This document shows positions 1-18,020 of a stretch of 64,000 nucleotides of DNA, one piece after another (position 1 is the first letter of the stretch; the number at the start of each line of letters is the position of its first letter). Location of the stretch: NCBI RefSeq assembly GCF_009914755.1, contig NC_060938.1. One strand, given 5' to 3'. The notes below the pieces were generated by a model. The model saw nothing but the letters and a program-made list of their open reading frames with translations, ran no database searches and was not told where the DNA came from. The position numbers were made by a program, and so were the translations under genes. The DNA comes from the human T2T-CHM13v2.0 reference genome, Homo sapiens.

Positions 1-560
1 TATGACTTGGCATCTCCACTCCAAGGAATATATTATAGACTAGAGAAACAATTGTGCAAGTGATTGAAGACACTCATCTTAGCAGCATTGTTCGTAGCAG
101 CAAAATTCTGGAATAATCCAGGCATGACGTTTGGCTCTAGAATGGAAAGAGAAAGCACATTATAGTCATATGGTAGAATTATACAAATGAATTAGCTATA
201 GGCTTTAACAAGGATACAATTCAAAAACAATATTCCTGAGAATAAGCACAGGATATCTCATGATCCCAATTATGTAAAGTTTAAAATCAGGCAAAAGTAA
301 GCATTGTATTATTTAGTGATTCATGCATATTTGGTTAAATGGTAAAAATACATACTTGAAAAGGAGGACTAACTTTTGTGGGGAAAGTAGACAACAAGAA
401 ATGTTTAGGTGTGGAGGTACTCGGTATCAATCTCAAAGTATACTCATAATGTTTTCTTCTTTTTACTGGGTGGTGGGTACCTTTATTATTTTAGAATACA
501 TCTTTATACTTTTACATATATGCTTATGTTGCATTTTGCAATTAAAATTTTTTCAAGAGT
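1..560 (+). mobile_element. Old L1 (L1ME-like) 3' relic
   Basis: Degenerate L1M 3'-region motifs ('gcagcattgttcgtagcagcaaaattctggaataatcca', 'tttaaaatcaggcaaaagtaagcattgtattatttagtga'); boundaries approximate. Confidence 0.55.
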
Positions 561-607
561 TTACAGTTATATAAACATATATACTATATTTACAGCCATG
601 AAAAAAT

Positions 608-612
<5 letters not shown>

Positions 613-657
<45 letters not shown>
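613..657. repeat. (TA)n microsatellite followed by a short (CA)n
   Basis: Perfect TA dinucleotide run of about 19 units seen directly. Confidence 0.97.
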
Positions 658-1176
658 AACACACTAGTATGTGTGTGGATGGGAGAGGGAGAAAGATTGA
701 TTTTAAAGGAATATAAAATAAAGGTGTATCACGAGGTGGGACTAAATGAACACATTTACTTGCAGAAGATGAATTTGACTTTACTGTGCTTTTTTGGATT
801 GTGCCGACTCATAAATCTAACTGGGCTTTTAGTAGACAGGAGACGATTGAACATTATTCCATCTTATGTATTTTCAAACAGACTGTATTATTTTGGGTGT
901 TGTGTGTCTCACCCACACTGTCAAGATTCTGTAAACCTGCAACGTGATCCATTCGGCTGCGCTCTAGTTATTATCCAATTATCATCCATTCTGCTTATTA
1001 ACAGGCATAAACAGACAGTATTTCTGCATGGAGCTGATACCCTCCATTATGGGTCACCGGTCCCGTTCTTAAGTAGGATTGTGAAGGAAAAAAGCAGAGA
1101 ACTTCATCTTCAGTACTAATTTCTCTCACTTAATTCCTTCTGTTTTACTCTTTCTCAAGAATGGGCATTTATCCTC

Positions 1177-2060
1177 TACTGGTGAAGAAAGGGCAGAGTT
1201 GTAGGAGCCATCTACGGTAAATGCAGGCTTTCAAAGGGTGGGGGGGGACGGTAGAGATTTTAAACGTAATAATAAAACTGAACAAAATTTGATCTGCTGT
1301 ATGTTATCACTATGCAATTCTAAACAGTGTTAGCATGAAAATATTCCTCCCCTAGAAATTATTTTGTTGATCTAAGAGTACTGAATTGCTACAGTTACTT
1401 TTGCATTGTAATAATATATCTGTAAGCTTCAAATCAGCATATTATATTCTACATGGACGTTAACTCAGAGAACCAAGAGTTGCACAGGGACTGCCAGCAC
1501 ACTCAGTGACACACACACGTTTTGATCGTATAATAAGTGCCTAACAGGGTGGAACTGGGCACAGGGCATGTCTCAGACCTGTATGGTACTTTTAAAAAAA
1601 TAAGTTAAAATAAACACTGGGGCATGGTGATGGAAAAGATGAAAAAACAGAACGTAAGTTATTTCAATGTTGTCACTCGGTGTGGCCACTTGGAGTTTAT
1701 ATTTGCATTTTACTGTTGCATTTGAAAATTGTTAAAGTGAAAGTGACAAGTGCAAGACACACTCTTTTTGTTTGGTAAATATACATTTCAGTCCACACAT
1801 GAGAATAGTTATTGAATGTTAGAAGTATCTTTTAAAATGAAATGTATGTTTTTTCCTATCTTTTGGTTTTAAAAGTGAAAGAAAAAGAAATTTTAGAAAA
1901 TTTAACCTTATGTTACTTACTAGTATAATTTAGTGGTTGCCTAAATTGTACTGTTTGCATACGTTTCAGTTTTATTAAAGATCACTTATTGGCTGTTGTC
2001 AGTAAAGAGAGGATGTTAAAAATGATGTGTTCTGAGTGTCAAATCCATAGGTGTACTCTG
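1177..2060 (+). mobile_element. hAT-Tip100 DNA transposon relic (MER97-like)
   Basis: Resembles recalled MER97 consensus: 'gtagagattttaaacgtaataataaaactga', 'caattctaaacagtgttagcatgaaaatattcctcccc', 3' end 'gttaaaaatgatgtgttctgagtgtcaaatcc'. Confidence 0.5.
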
Positions 2061-2180
2061 TGATCCTCTTTTCCGATCAGTTCCCCGAGTGTCAGTAGGA
2101 AATCTAAACAGCTAAGGACCAAGCACAGGAGGAGATATAACCAATGGACTTTTAACTGAGGGGACACGGTTTGCATATTT

Positions 2181-2486
2181 TTTTTATTTTTATTTTTTAT
2201 TTTTTGAGACAGAGTCTCACTCTGTCACCCAGGCTGGAGTGCAGTGGTGCAATCTTGTCTCACTGCAATCTCCGCCTCCCGGATTCAAGTAATTCTCCTG
2301 CCTCAGCCTCCTGACTAGCTGGGATTACAGGCTTCCGCCACCACACCCAGCTAATTTTTGTATTTTTTAGTAGAGATGGGGTTTCACCATCTTGGCCAGG
2401 CTGGTCTCGAACTCCTGACCTCCTGATCCACCCATCTCAGCCTCCCAAAGTGCTGGGATTACAGGCGTGAGCCATGGTGCCTGGCC
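2181..2486 (-). mobile_element. Alu (AluS-like), full length
   Basis: Canonical Alu dimer on minus strand; TSD ggtttgcatattt at 2168-2180 and 2487-2499. Confidence 0.97.
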
Positions 2487-3692
2487 GGTTTGCATATTTG
2501 TAACGGTGTCTTTAGCACCTGCCCGTCATCTTTCCTAAACTTGGTCTGCTTGAGAACACACCTTGCTTGCCATGTCGTTTATAGGATAATTTTCCATGAA
2601 TGGAATTATTTGAATCTCAAAGATTTTGTCAAAAAATATATTCAAAGCTTGGGTGTAATAGACATTACACCTGAAATTACATCCTTTGCGGTTATCTCAA
2701 TGTACTTTAAAATGTTTAGACATTATGCTAAAAATATGTTAAAAGGGGGCGTCATTTTTTCAATTTCTCTTAGGGATCACACAAGGAAGAAAAGTTTTTC
2801 AAGACTGCTGATGTAAAATAGTGTTATCAGACAGTGTTCACATTTGGAGGGATTGTTGGTAGCCAAGTCTCCTTGGTGTTTCTTGTGAAAGAATTCTTGA
2901 GAAAGAAATATCAGGCAATTGGGGTATATTCCTTAAACATATAGTAGGGAATGGGGCTGGTGAATCAGTTCTGAATGCCTGTTTTCTTCTTTAAAATTCC
3001 AGCCAATGATATGAAGCCCAGGTATGTGGGGGCCTTTTGATGACAGTGAGGGTGAGACTAAGGAAGCTGACCTGCCCTGCCCAGGGACACAAGGCTGGCT
3101 AGCAACAGAGCCAGGACATTAGTCAGTGTGTCTGGCTCTGAAGCCCCCATGGGGGACACTGTCTCCCATCTCCTTTCTCCTGTGTTTAGCCTTGACTTTC
3201 ACCTTCAATGTCATGCCAGACAAAGAGTTGCTATGGGGCAAGTGGGAAAGGCAAAACTTTTTCTGAACTGCTCTTTAATTTGTCAATATAGCCCAAATCT
3301 AGTTGCAATCTGGTACACTTTTAGTCATGAACGAGGGTGGAAGAAAGCTAATATCACATGTTGACCTTTCATTTTGCCACCAAGAAGCTCTCCTTGAATA
3401 TTCTGAAGGAGAACACGTTCTTGCTGGGGGCTGGATAAACCTTAAAAATTTCATGCCCCTGAATGAGCATTTCCCCTCATCACGGACTTGTCCCTGGGGC
3501 TTTCTTAGGCATGGGCAGGATGTGGATTGAAGGAAGAAACCCAGTGTCATGGGCAGCAAAGGTTGAATGTCTTCTGTGTCTAGTCCTAACACTGACTTGG
3601 AGCCCATTCCTCATCATTTTATCTTACTTTCTCCCATCTGAAAATATTTACAAAATCATGTTTGATGTCAAAATACTAAATACTATTTGGGG

Positions 3693-3988
<296 letters not shown>

Positions 3989-4259
3989 AGTATTTGGAGG
4001 ATTTTCCCAGAGCATTTGGGAAGCATTTGTACACAAATGAGTCTGTGAGCAAAGGGCCAAGGCAAGGGGCAGGAGCTCAGATGCAGGCTGTGTTGATGGG
4101 GCTCAAATCCAGAGCCCCATGATCCCTATCCCGTGCTCCACTGCACCATCCTATTATCCTATTTTGCATTTTATTTTTACATTCCTATAAATAAAAAGTG
4201 CAATCAAATAACTTGAAATATGGTATTGCTTTTGTGCTTAAAAATAATCTCAGAAATAC

Positions 4260-4530
4260 AGCAAACATGCCATTCACTTGAAATTCTAAAAAAGGGCAAA
4301 ACTATGTTGACAGAAAACAGATCAATGATTTCCTGGGGTGCTGGGGGTAGCAGTGGGTAGGAAGAGAATTAGCTGTGAAAGGGCACTTGGAAACTTTTTC
4401 AGATGAGAGAACTGCTGTATCCTGATGGTGAGGGTGGTTTACACAGCTGTATACGGTTACCAACACTCATCAAACTGTGTGCTTAAAACACTGACTATGC
4501 AATACCTTTATGCTTATGTCTTTTTATAAT
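4260..4530 (+). mobile_element. Old L1 (L1MB/ME-like) 3' UTR fragment
   Basis: 'ggcaaaactatgttgacagaaaacagatcaatgatttcctgggg', 'aagggcacttggaaactttt', 'ggtggtttacacagctgtatac'. Confidence 0.6.
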
Positions 4531-4611
4531 TTAAATAGGGAGAAAAAATATGTATTTTGTAATATACATATTAATACACATTATAAGATATATATAAATA
4601 TCAATAAATAA

Positions 4612-5084
<473 letters not shown>

Positions 5085-5174
5085 CTATATACGTATGACA
5101 TCCCTTTCTATTCTGTCTTCCACAAATGTGAGTATAAGTCTTCACAGTGGGAAGTAGGAATGATCAGAGATGGA

Positions 5175-5563
5175 GTATTAGTTTGCCAGCACTGCCGTAA
5201 CAAGGTCCCACAGACCAGATGGTTTAAACAACAGGAATTTATTATCTCACAGTTCTGGAGGCTCAGAATCCAAGATCATGGTGGGGGCAGGGTTGGTTTC
5301 TTCGGAGACTTCTCTCCTTGGCTTGTAGATGGCCGCCTTCTCACTGAGTCTCCACATCCTCTTCCTTCTGTGTGTGTCTGCATCCAAACTTCCTCTTCTT
5401 GTGGGGACACCAGTCATACTGGATTCAGGCATACCCTGATGACCTCATTTTAACTTATTTTCTTCTTTGAGGACCCTATCTCTAAATCCAGTCACATTCT
5501 GAGGTACATGGGATTAGGACTCCACATATGAATTTTTGGGGGGACACAATTCCACCCATAACA
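5175..5563 (-). mobile_element. MLT1A/B-type MaLR solo LTR
   Basis: Near-complete match to recalled MLT1 consensus, 'tattagtttgccagcactgccgtaacaa...ggggacacaattccacccataaca'. Confidence 0.88.
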
Positions 5564-5669
5564 GATGGAGAATAGTGCTTGAGGTCTTTACTAATTTACT
5601 CACCTTGGCTCTATTTGAGGTTTTCTGCCAGGAGCAGGTATTTTATAATTTAAAGTATACATATGGGAA

Positions 5670-5732
5670 AACACACACACATACACATATATATATACAC
5701 ATATACACATATATATACACATATGTGTGTGC
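5670..5732. repeat. Compound (CA)n/(TA)n microsatellite
   Basis: Seen directly. Confidence 0.85.
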
Positions 5733-6147
5733 ATATTTCAAACAAGGCAGAGATCATCTGTGACCCAAATATGTGCTGATGAGATCAATGGACTGTGCTA
5801 CTTATTGGTCCCATAACATATCACTTGTAACCTCTATCTATGACCTTCCACGTCAGTGCAATAACTAATACAGCCATCATACACAGCTGTGCAAGAGTTA
5901 ACATTTTATTCTTCTGTGACTGAACTTCTGTTTCGAGTCCCCCTTTTCTCAGAGTTGCATCTCAGTTGGTGGGGCTGGGGGTGTCTGTGGTCTCAGGCAG
6001 GGAAGGCAGGCAGCTCTTCTGGACCTGGCCAGAGTACATGGTCATTTCTCCAGGATGGTCTCCCTTAGACAGCCTCATTCCCTACCTGGCCACTCACATG
6101 TGTTATTGCTGCACCCTCTGTCCTGACCCTCAGGCTTCTTAAGTTTG

Positions 6148-6395
6148 ACTCTGAAGCCGCACTCTCTGGGTTTGAATCCCAGCTCTACTCACTATGGGCT
6201 CTGTACCTTGGCCACTTCACTTTACTTTACTTCTTTGTGCTTTGATTACCTCATCTATAAATTAGAGCTATTCATAATAGTATCTACTTCATGTGGCTGT
6301 TGGGAGGATTAAATGAGTTAGTATGTGAAAACATTTGAAAGCGTGTCTGCCCCATAGTAAAAGCTGTATACTGTAAGTGATTCCCATTATTAGTA
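6148..6395 (+). mobile_element. MIR
   Basis: 'ctgggtttgaatcccagctctac', 'cctcatctataaa', 'gttgggaggattaaatgagttagtatgtgaaaacatttgaa'. Confidence 0.85.
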
Positions 6396-7432
6396 GTAGT
6401 AGTAGTATTGTTACTGTGATGTCACATGCCTCATTGGTGTTTTATTTTGGGGAGCACATAAAGTACTCCATTTGCCTCTCTTAGCTGCAAGAGAGAAATT
6501 CTCCTGGGTTGTCTCGGGTCCATGTGCTGGACCCATATTTCTGCTCCTGCATCATGCTGGGAATACAGATTGTGGAGCTGGGGTGCAGGGAGGTGTATGA
6601 CTTTGCCAGCTTCCTGTATTTCCCTTGAGAAGTGGAGCGGTGCTAATTGTCCCTGTCCCGGATGTTCCATCAACTGTGTGGTCCCATACCAACCCCTCAG
6701 GGGTGTCTGCCCAACCCCCACCCCAGCTTTCTTTCCTTCTTTACTTAGCATCTACTCCTCAGGAGACTGCTTTGCCCAGTATGCCCTAAGATAATAAATG
6801 ACCTTCTGAGAGTCAAATGCCAGGACTCACTCTTGGTCTGTTTGTCCTCACCCGGCTGCTCCCTTGGGGGTAGGCCAGGACACACACTGGGTGAGAAGCG
6901 TGGTGGAGGAAAATTATCTGAGTTAATTTATCAAAATACATTATTCCCCAGTGACACTAGGGAAACCTTACAGAGGCCCCGCCAGCATCAAAGAGCAAGG
7001 TTCTGTTTCCCATGTTCCGTTACCCGATCCCCAGGGCCTGAAACAGAGTCCAGGGAATATTTGGAAACTAATCGTCATGAGTGGTAGCATCCTAAGCAGT
7101 ACCATTGTTTACCTCCTAAGATCCCCCAATAATTGTGGTTGGCTATTTGTTTTCTAGTCATTTAGACACACACACAAAAATTGTTTTTCAAATGAGAAGG
7201 GGAATCCACAACAAAAAACTGTGGCTAGCTTATTTTCGAGTTTGAATGCTTTGTGTAAATTAATAAAGTTGAAGTCTATCCCATGTGTATAAAAATCTTG
7301 GAGTTATGTTCATTAATGAGTCTATTGAATTAGTTTTCATAAATTCTTCTGATTCAATTGCATATTCTTAAATTAACAACAAAAGTCCAACTTGTATCAT
7401 TAAAGACTCAAAACAGATGGTGGGAACAGTAA

Positions 7433-7834
<402 letters not shown>

Positions 7835-8149
7835 GGGAGCCATAGTTCTTGGTGGAAAGCAAAGCTTTTCACATCAGCTAGTGTAGTGTCTGAAAAAGTC
7901 CTCATTATAGATGGGACAAAAAGATTTAGTGGGAAGAAGAAAGAGAACATTGAGACAGTTATGAAAAGTTTTAATTGTAAATTTTAATTCTCATGTGAAA
8001 TGAAAATTTTGGGATACTTTCACACACACACACACAAATGTTATCCTCAGATTAAAATATTTATGTGGGAAATGTTTAGAGGTAAAATGTTTAGAGGGGA
8101 AAAAACCACTTACCATGATTGCTGCCAGAAAGGGTAAACCTTAGAATCA

Positions 8150-8320
8150 TAATACTGCAGAATTTAATGATCCTTTGTGAGCTTCTGGTTCAACACTCGT
8201 TTTACAAGCAAAGAAATGGAGGCTCAGAGAGATTGGTTAGGTGAGCCCTGCAAGGACTCATGGCTAAATAGTGGTGAAATCAGAAGCTAAAGCCAGGTTT
8301 TCTGGCTTTTATTCCAGGAC
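8150..8320 (-). mobile_element. MIR fragment
   Basis: 'ttttacaagcaaagaaatggaggctcagagag...gctaaatagtggtgaaatcagaagctaaagccagg'. Confidence 0.6.
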
Positions 8321-9028
8321 TGAGATGTAGTGACCTGACTCTCGTAAGTTTCTGGCTTCTTCCTTTTGGAGCCACAGGTAAGCACCAGTCTAGAACCTTC
8401 CACTCAGACTTCATGCTCCAGGGTTGTGACCAGAGCTTACAAGGGTGTTGTCCTGGGCTGGAAGCAGAGACTGTGAAACTCAAATATACTTAGGCAAATG
8501 CAAGCATATGAATAAATCACCGAAATCAGGACAAACAGCTTTTCTTAGATAAATTGCCCTTGGAAAGAAAGGTGAAAACTAAGCCATAATGCATGAATGT
8601 GTTAATTGTTTTTCTCTTCTACAGACACTAATTTATTCTGAAGGGAATGCTTCATTTCCAAATTCTCCTTCTACTTTAAAGAAATTCAAACTTCAAGAAA
8701 AAAATTCAACACCATATTGTGATTGCTTCAATAGTTAAGAATTTCGGCTGTCACGACTGAAAAAAATCATTAGCAAAAACTGGCCGTGGAAAAGGGAAGT
8801 CTGTCTAGTTCATGACAAGCATCCATCATCGTATGTGAGTTAGTAATTTCTCACCTCTCATTTGAGAGAGGCAAGGTACCTGTGTGCCATTGGGGTGGGC
8901 TTTCCCCGCAGTGACAGATCCGGATAGATCACCAGCCTGGCTAAGCTCCAAGCCTTAAATTCCTTTACTTCTCACCCCTGGGCCATTTCCGCCACTTTTC
9001 CTCCATCTCCTTTATCCATTTAACATCT

Positions 9029-9440
9029 GTTACATATATGTATATACACACACACTTTAAGTTCTAGGGTACACATGCACAACGTGCAGGTTTGTTACAT
9101 AGGTTTATATGTGCCATGTTGGTTTGCTGCACCCATCAACTCGTCATTTACATTAGTTATTTCTCTTAATACTATCTCTCCCCTAGGCCTCCACCCCCTG
9201 ACAGGCCCTGGTGTGTGATGTTCCCCTCTCTGTGTCCTTCTGTTCTCATTGTTCAACTCCCACTTATGAGTGAGAACATGCGGTGTTTCGTTTTCTGTCC
9301 TTGTGATAGTTTGCTGAGAATGTTAGTTTCCAGCTTCATCCATGTCCCTGCAAAGGGAATGAACTCATCCTTTTTTATGGCTGCATAGTATTCCATGGTG
9401 TATATGTGCCACATTTTCTTTATCCAGTCTATTATTGACG
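9029..9440 (-). mobile_element. 5'-truncated L1PA (3' UTR plus ORF2 C-terminus)
   Basis: 'actttaagttctagggtacacatgcacaacgtgcagg...tatccagtctattattgacg'; TSD tttaacatct at 9019-9028 and 9441-9450. Confidence 0.93.
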
Positions 9441-9450
9441 TTTAACATCT

Positions 9451-9580
9451 TTTATTTATTTTTATGTTTTACTTTTTGAGACAGGGTCTCTGTCACCCAG
9501 ACTGGAGTACAGTGGTGCAATCTCGGCTCACTGTAGCCTCTGTCTCCTAGGTTCAAGTGATTCTTGTGCCTCAGCCTCTC
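9451..9580 (-). mobile_element. Truncated Alu (right-arm 3' part only)
   Basis: 'tttttgagacagggtctctgtcacccagactggagtacagtgg...cctcagcctc' then an abrupt end. Confidence 0.9.
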
Positions 9581-10130
9581 CAGAGGAGACTTTGACAAAT
9601 ATATATATACACATACATACACAAATATATATATATATATTTGTCACAAGGATTTGACCTTATGCAATTATGTTTGCTGGTTAAGCAGCCTCTGTGAGGC
9701 TGTTGTCTTTACATCTGACCATGAGATGTTGGAGCTTGAAGTCCAAGAGGCAGGTGGTCAGCAGAGGAAGATGGATATGAAGTCGGGAGAGCAGGGATGG
9801 GCTGGGACCCACAGGCACACACAGAACCCATGAAGACCCACCGGAACTCAGGTCAGTTATCGCTGCCTCTCTGGGTGCTATAGTTGTCCTACAGGATATG
9901 CCGGCTCCCATCATCACAGACATACACACGCACCTGGCCCAAGAGTCACAGAAGCTGAAGGAAAATTCAGGGAAGGTAGAGCAGTTGTGACTTGGCTACT
10001 GCCCCACCCAGCAACATGAGCCACAGATAAAACAGGTGTGAGCTACAGAATGGCTGCCGCTTCCCTGCCTCCTCTGAATCTCACATGTAAGCATCTCTTG
10101 TGGCCCACTCTAACAAGAAACATTCAGGAA
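9580..10130 (-). mobile_element. MLT2-like (ERVL) LTR relic
   Basis: (TA)-rich tract followed by 'caaggatttgaccttatgcaattatg...gcttgaagtccaagaggcagg', typical of old MLT2 LTRs; right boundary uncertain. Confidence 0.45.
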
Positions 10131-11525
10131 AGGAGATCTGGGGGAGGGGGAGCCTCTCCAAGCTGACACTTTGCAAGCCACCCAGTCTACAATGTGGAGA
10201 ATGGTTGCAAAGCCTTCCACACTTCTTCCTGCCAATCCTCACCCTGGTCTCCAGGGTCAAGTGTGCACTTTCTGGGGATGCAGCCTCTCCACCCCACACA
10301 CAAGTTGTACCGGGAAAAACTGAGATTTCCAGCAGGCAGAGATTGAGAAGCAGCAGCTAATAACATTACAAGGCCATTTGGCAGCAGCGCAAACCTTCAC
10401 CATTACAATTAGAGCAAGTGGAGGTAAAAGAGACTCTCTTAATGGCCAAATCAAATAAAAAGTGACAGGCTTCTGAAGATTATGTTGAACCCTGTATGGC
10501 ATGTTAATGAAACAAAGGGTCAGATACCATTTCATCTGTGGCTTATCTGCTTAGATAGAAGGGATGTTTTTCTGCCTAGTCCTACCTGAGGATTTCCAAG
10601 CCACCCCTATGCATGAAGATCTGACACATTTTTGTCCGCACTTTTCTCAGAGTGTTGGGGAACCAGGACTGAGCCAGCAGCGAAATATTCTGTGATGTAA
10701 GGTGGAATTTAGAATAAAGGTATTTTGGTGATCAAGCAGCTCAATGGTCCTTAACCTTGACTGTAACCTTGACTGAATCACATGCAAAGCTTTATAGCCT
10801 TTCTGATGTCCAAGCTGCCCAGAGATTTTTAGGGTGCACCCAAGGCATCACCAGTTAGTAACGCATCCCAGGTGATTCCAAGGTACAACCAGAGTCTAGA
10901 ACCAGGGATCTAGTCTAATCCTTTTTTCAGATAATGAAGCTAAGTCATAGAGAAGTTAGGTGTGTTGGCCAGTAGTAAATACAAACAGTAGAACCCAAGT
11001 CTCCCAACTCTTAAACTTATCACCTTCCACTATATGCCCTGCCATATCTGCTATTGAGAAGAGTGAGAAACACACATTAAAACTGCATACTCTACTGTGT
11101 TCCAAGAATGGGATGACTTTGAAATGCATGCTATTTGTAGAATATAGGTAGTGAGACTGATGCCTGGTCATTCGCCTACAGCCTTAACACCTCCTGGAAG
11201 TCTGATTCTTTCAGTTTACCTTGCCCATAGTGTGAGACAGAGAAGGAAAATAGACGAGTCTCAGAATGCATTGTTCAGTGGAATGCATTTTGGAATGATC
11301 CTACAAATTACAGGAAAGCTTTAATCGCCAATAATTAGGTGTCTTAAAAATGGAGTTGTCTTCTGGCGTATGCTGACATTATCAGTCCAAGATAGACTTG
11401 AGCCAGGAGCCTCTGTGACAGTATGCTTTAGAAAGAGTGAGAGAGGGAGCATGTGTAAGCTAAGAAAACCTTTGTAAATAAGCAAAGTCTTATTCAACCT
11501 ACAGTCTGTCCTCAGAGCTATCATT

Positions 11526-12462
11526 TATCAGGGGAACCCACCCCTGATAATTCAACATGAGTCCTTTTCTATTTTCCGTAAGCGTCGGCCGGTCTGAGAA
11601 ACAAAGGGAAAGAGTACAAAGAGATAAATTTTTAAAGCTGGGTGTCCGGGGGAGACATCACATGTCGGCAGGTTCTGTGATGCCCCCTAAGCCACAAAAC
11701 CAGCAGGTTTTTACTAGTGATTTTCAAAAGGGGAGGGAGTGTACAAATATGGTGTGGGTCACAGAGATCACATGCTTCACAAGGTAATAAAATATGACAA
11801 GGCAAATGGAGGTGGGGCGAGATCACAGGCCCGGGGCGAAATTAAAATTGCTAATGAAGTTTCAGGCACGCTTTGTCATTGATAACATCTTATCAACCGT
11901 AAAAGACAGACATTCCTAGAGCGGCCATTTTAGAGACCTCCCACTAAGAATGCACTCTCTTTCTCAGGGATGTTCCTTGCTGAGAAAAAGACTTCAGCAA
12001 TATTTCTCCTATTTGCTCTTGAAAGAAGAGAAAGATGGCTCTGTTCCGCCTGGCTCTCAGGCTACCAGACCTAATGGTTATCTCCCTTGTTCCTTGAACA
12101 TTGCTGTTATCCTGTTCTTTTTTCAAGGTGCCCAGATTTCCTATTGTTTAAACAATTTGTGCAGTTAACGCAATCATTACAGGGTCCTGAGGTGACATAC
12201 ATCCTCAGCTTACGAAGATGACAGGATTAAGAGATTAAAGTAAAGACAGGCGTAAGAAATCACAAGAATATTGATTGGGGAAGTGATAAGTGTCCATGAA
12301 ATCTTCACAGTTTATGTTCAGAGATTGCAGTAAAGACAGGCATAAGAAATTATAAAAGTATTAATTTGGGGAACTAATTAGCGTCCATGAAATCTTCACA
12401 ATTTATGTTCTGCCATGGCTTCAACCGGTCCCTCCGTTTGGGGTCCCTGACTTCCTGCAACA
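11526..12462 (-). mobile_element. MER11 solo LTR (HERV-K11/HML-8 family)
   Basis: Minus strand begins tgttgcaggaagtcagggaccccaaacggagggaccgg and ends ggttcccctgata, as in recalled MER11; 6-bp TSD atcatt / ataatt; internal 90-bp tandem repeat. Confidence 0.9.
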
Positions 12463-12970
12463 ATAATTATTTATTTTAAAAGAAACAAAATCAAATTATT
12501 AGACATTTCAATCTGTGGTAGTAACATGATATTCTGGCATCTACTTTCATTATCACCTTTATTAAAATAAATTTAAAGAAAAATGGCAGTATGTTTCTGT
12601 GAAGACCACGAGTACTCATTTTAAAGGACTCAAGAGTTGCAGAAAAGTAAAAAGAAAAGAGTAAAATCATTTTCTAAATCTCACCTTCCAGAAATAACGA
12701 TGTTGAGCATTAAGTGGACTTCATTTCATACTCTTTCAAAGATTATGTAGGCATATATATGTGTGTGTATATACATATATATGGATACATCCTTAGAGAA
12801 GTTGGCTGGCTAGATAGACACACTATAAAAATGGAATCATACTCTAATGCCATTTTTAATTTAAAAAATACATATTCAGATCCACTGTACTTATATACAG
12901 AAGTAAATGAAACTAAAGTAACACGAGAGGAATTCTGACCCTCATATAATTTTTTTTACTATCCAACATA

Positions 12971-17698
<4,728 letters not shown>

Positions 17699-17879
17699 AT
17701 ACTGATTTTTTACAGATGCCTTATCAAAAGAGATTATGAAAGCTATTGGAATTGTAATACTTTTATTAATTAATGGTTCACTTTTATATAGTATCAGTGA
17801 ACTTCGAGCAATGAAAGAAGATGATTTTAATGCTTCCTTCATTTCTCTATCACCCACCTCCTGATTTTTATAGATCATT

Positions 17880-18020
17880 ATCATTCATTCATTCAACCAG
17901 TGTTTATTTAGAGAATACTTTGTGTAAGGCACCTTCAAGGTGCTGAGCCTAGAGCTATAAGCTATCGATGGAACAGACAAGATTCTCACACATAATGGGG
18001 CTTGCATTTTAATAGAAAGA
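17880..18020 (-). mobile_element. L2 3' fragment
   Basis: 'tcattcattcattcaaccagtgtttatttagagaatactttgtgtaaggcac...ggggcttgcattttaatag'. Confidence 0.7.

Noticed and set aside
409-1119. 236-aa ORF
   Set aside because: Non-ATG start, runs through an L1 relic and a (TA)n tract (YIYIYI), no recognisable domain
10752-10775. 12-bp tandem duplication (taaccttgactg x2)
   Set aside because: Ordinary slippage indel at the edge of a MER5-like fragment
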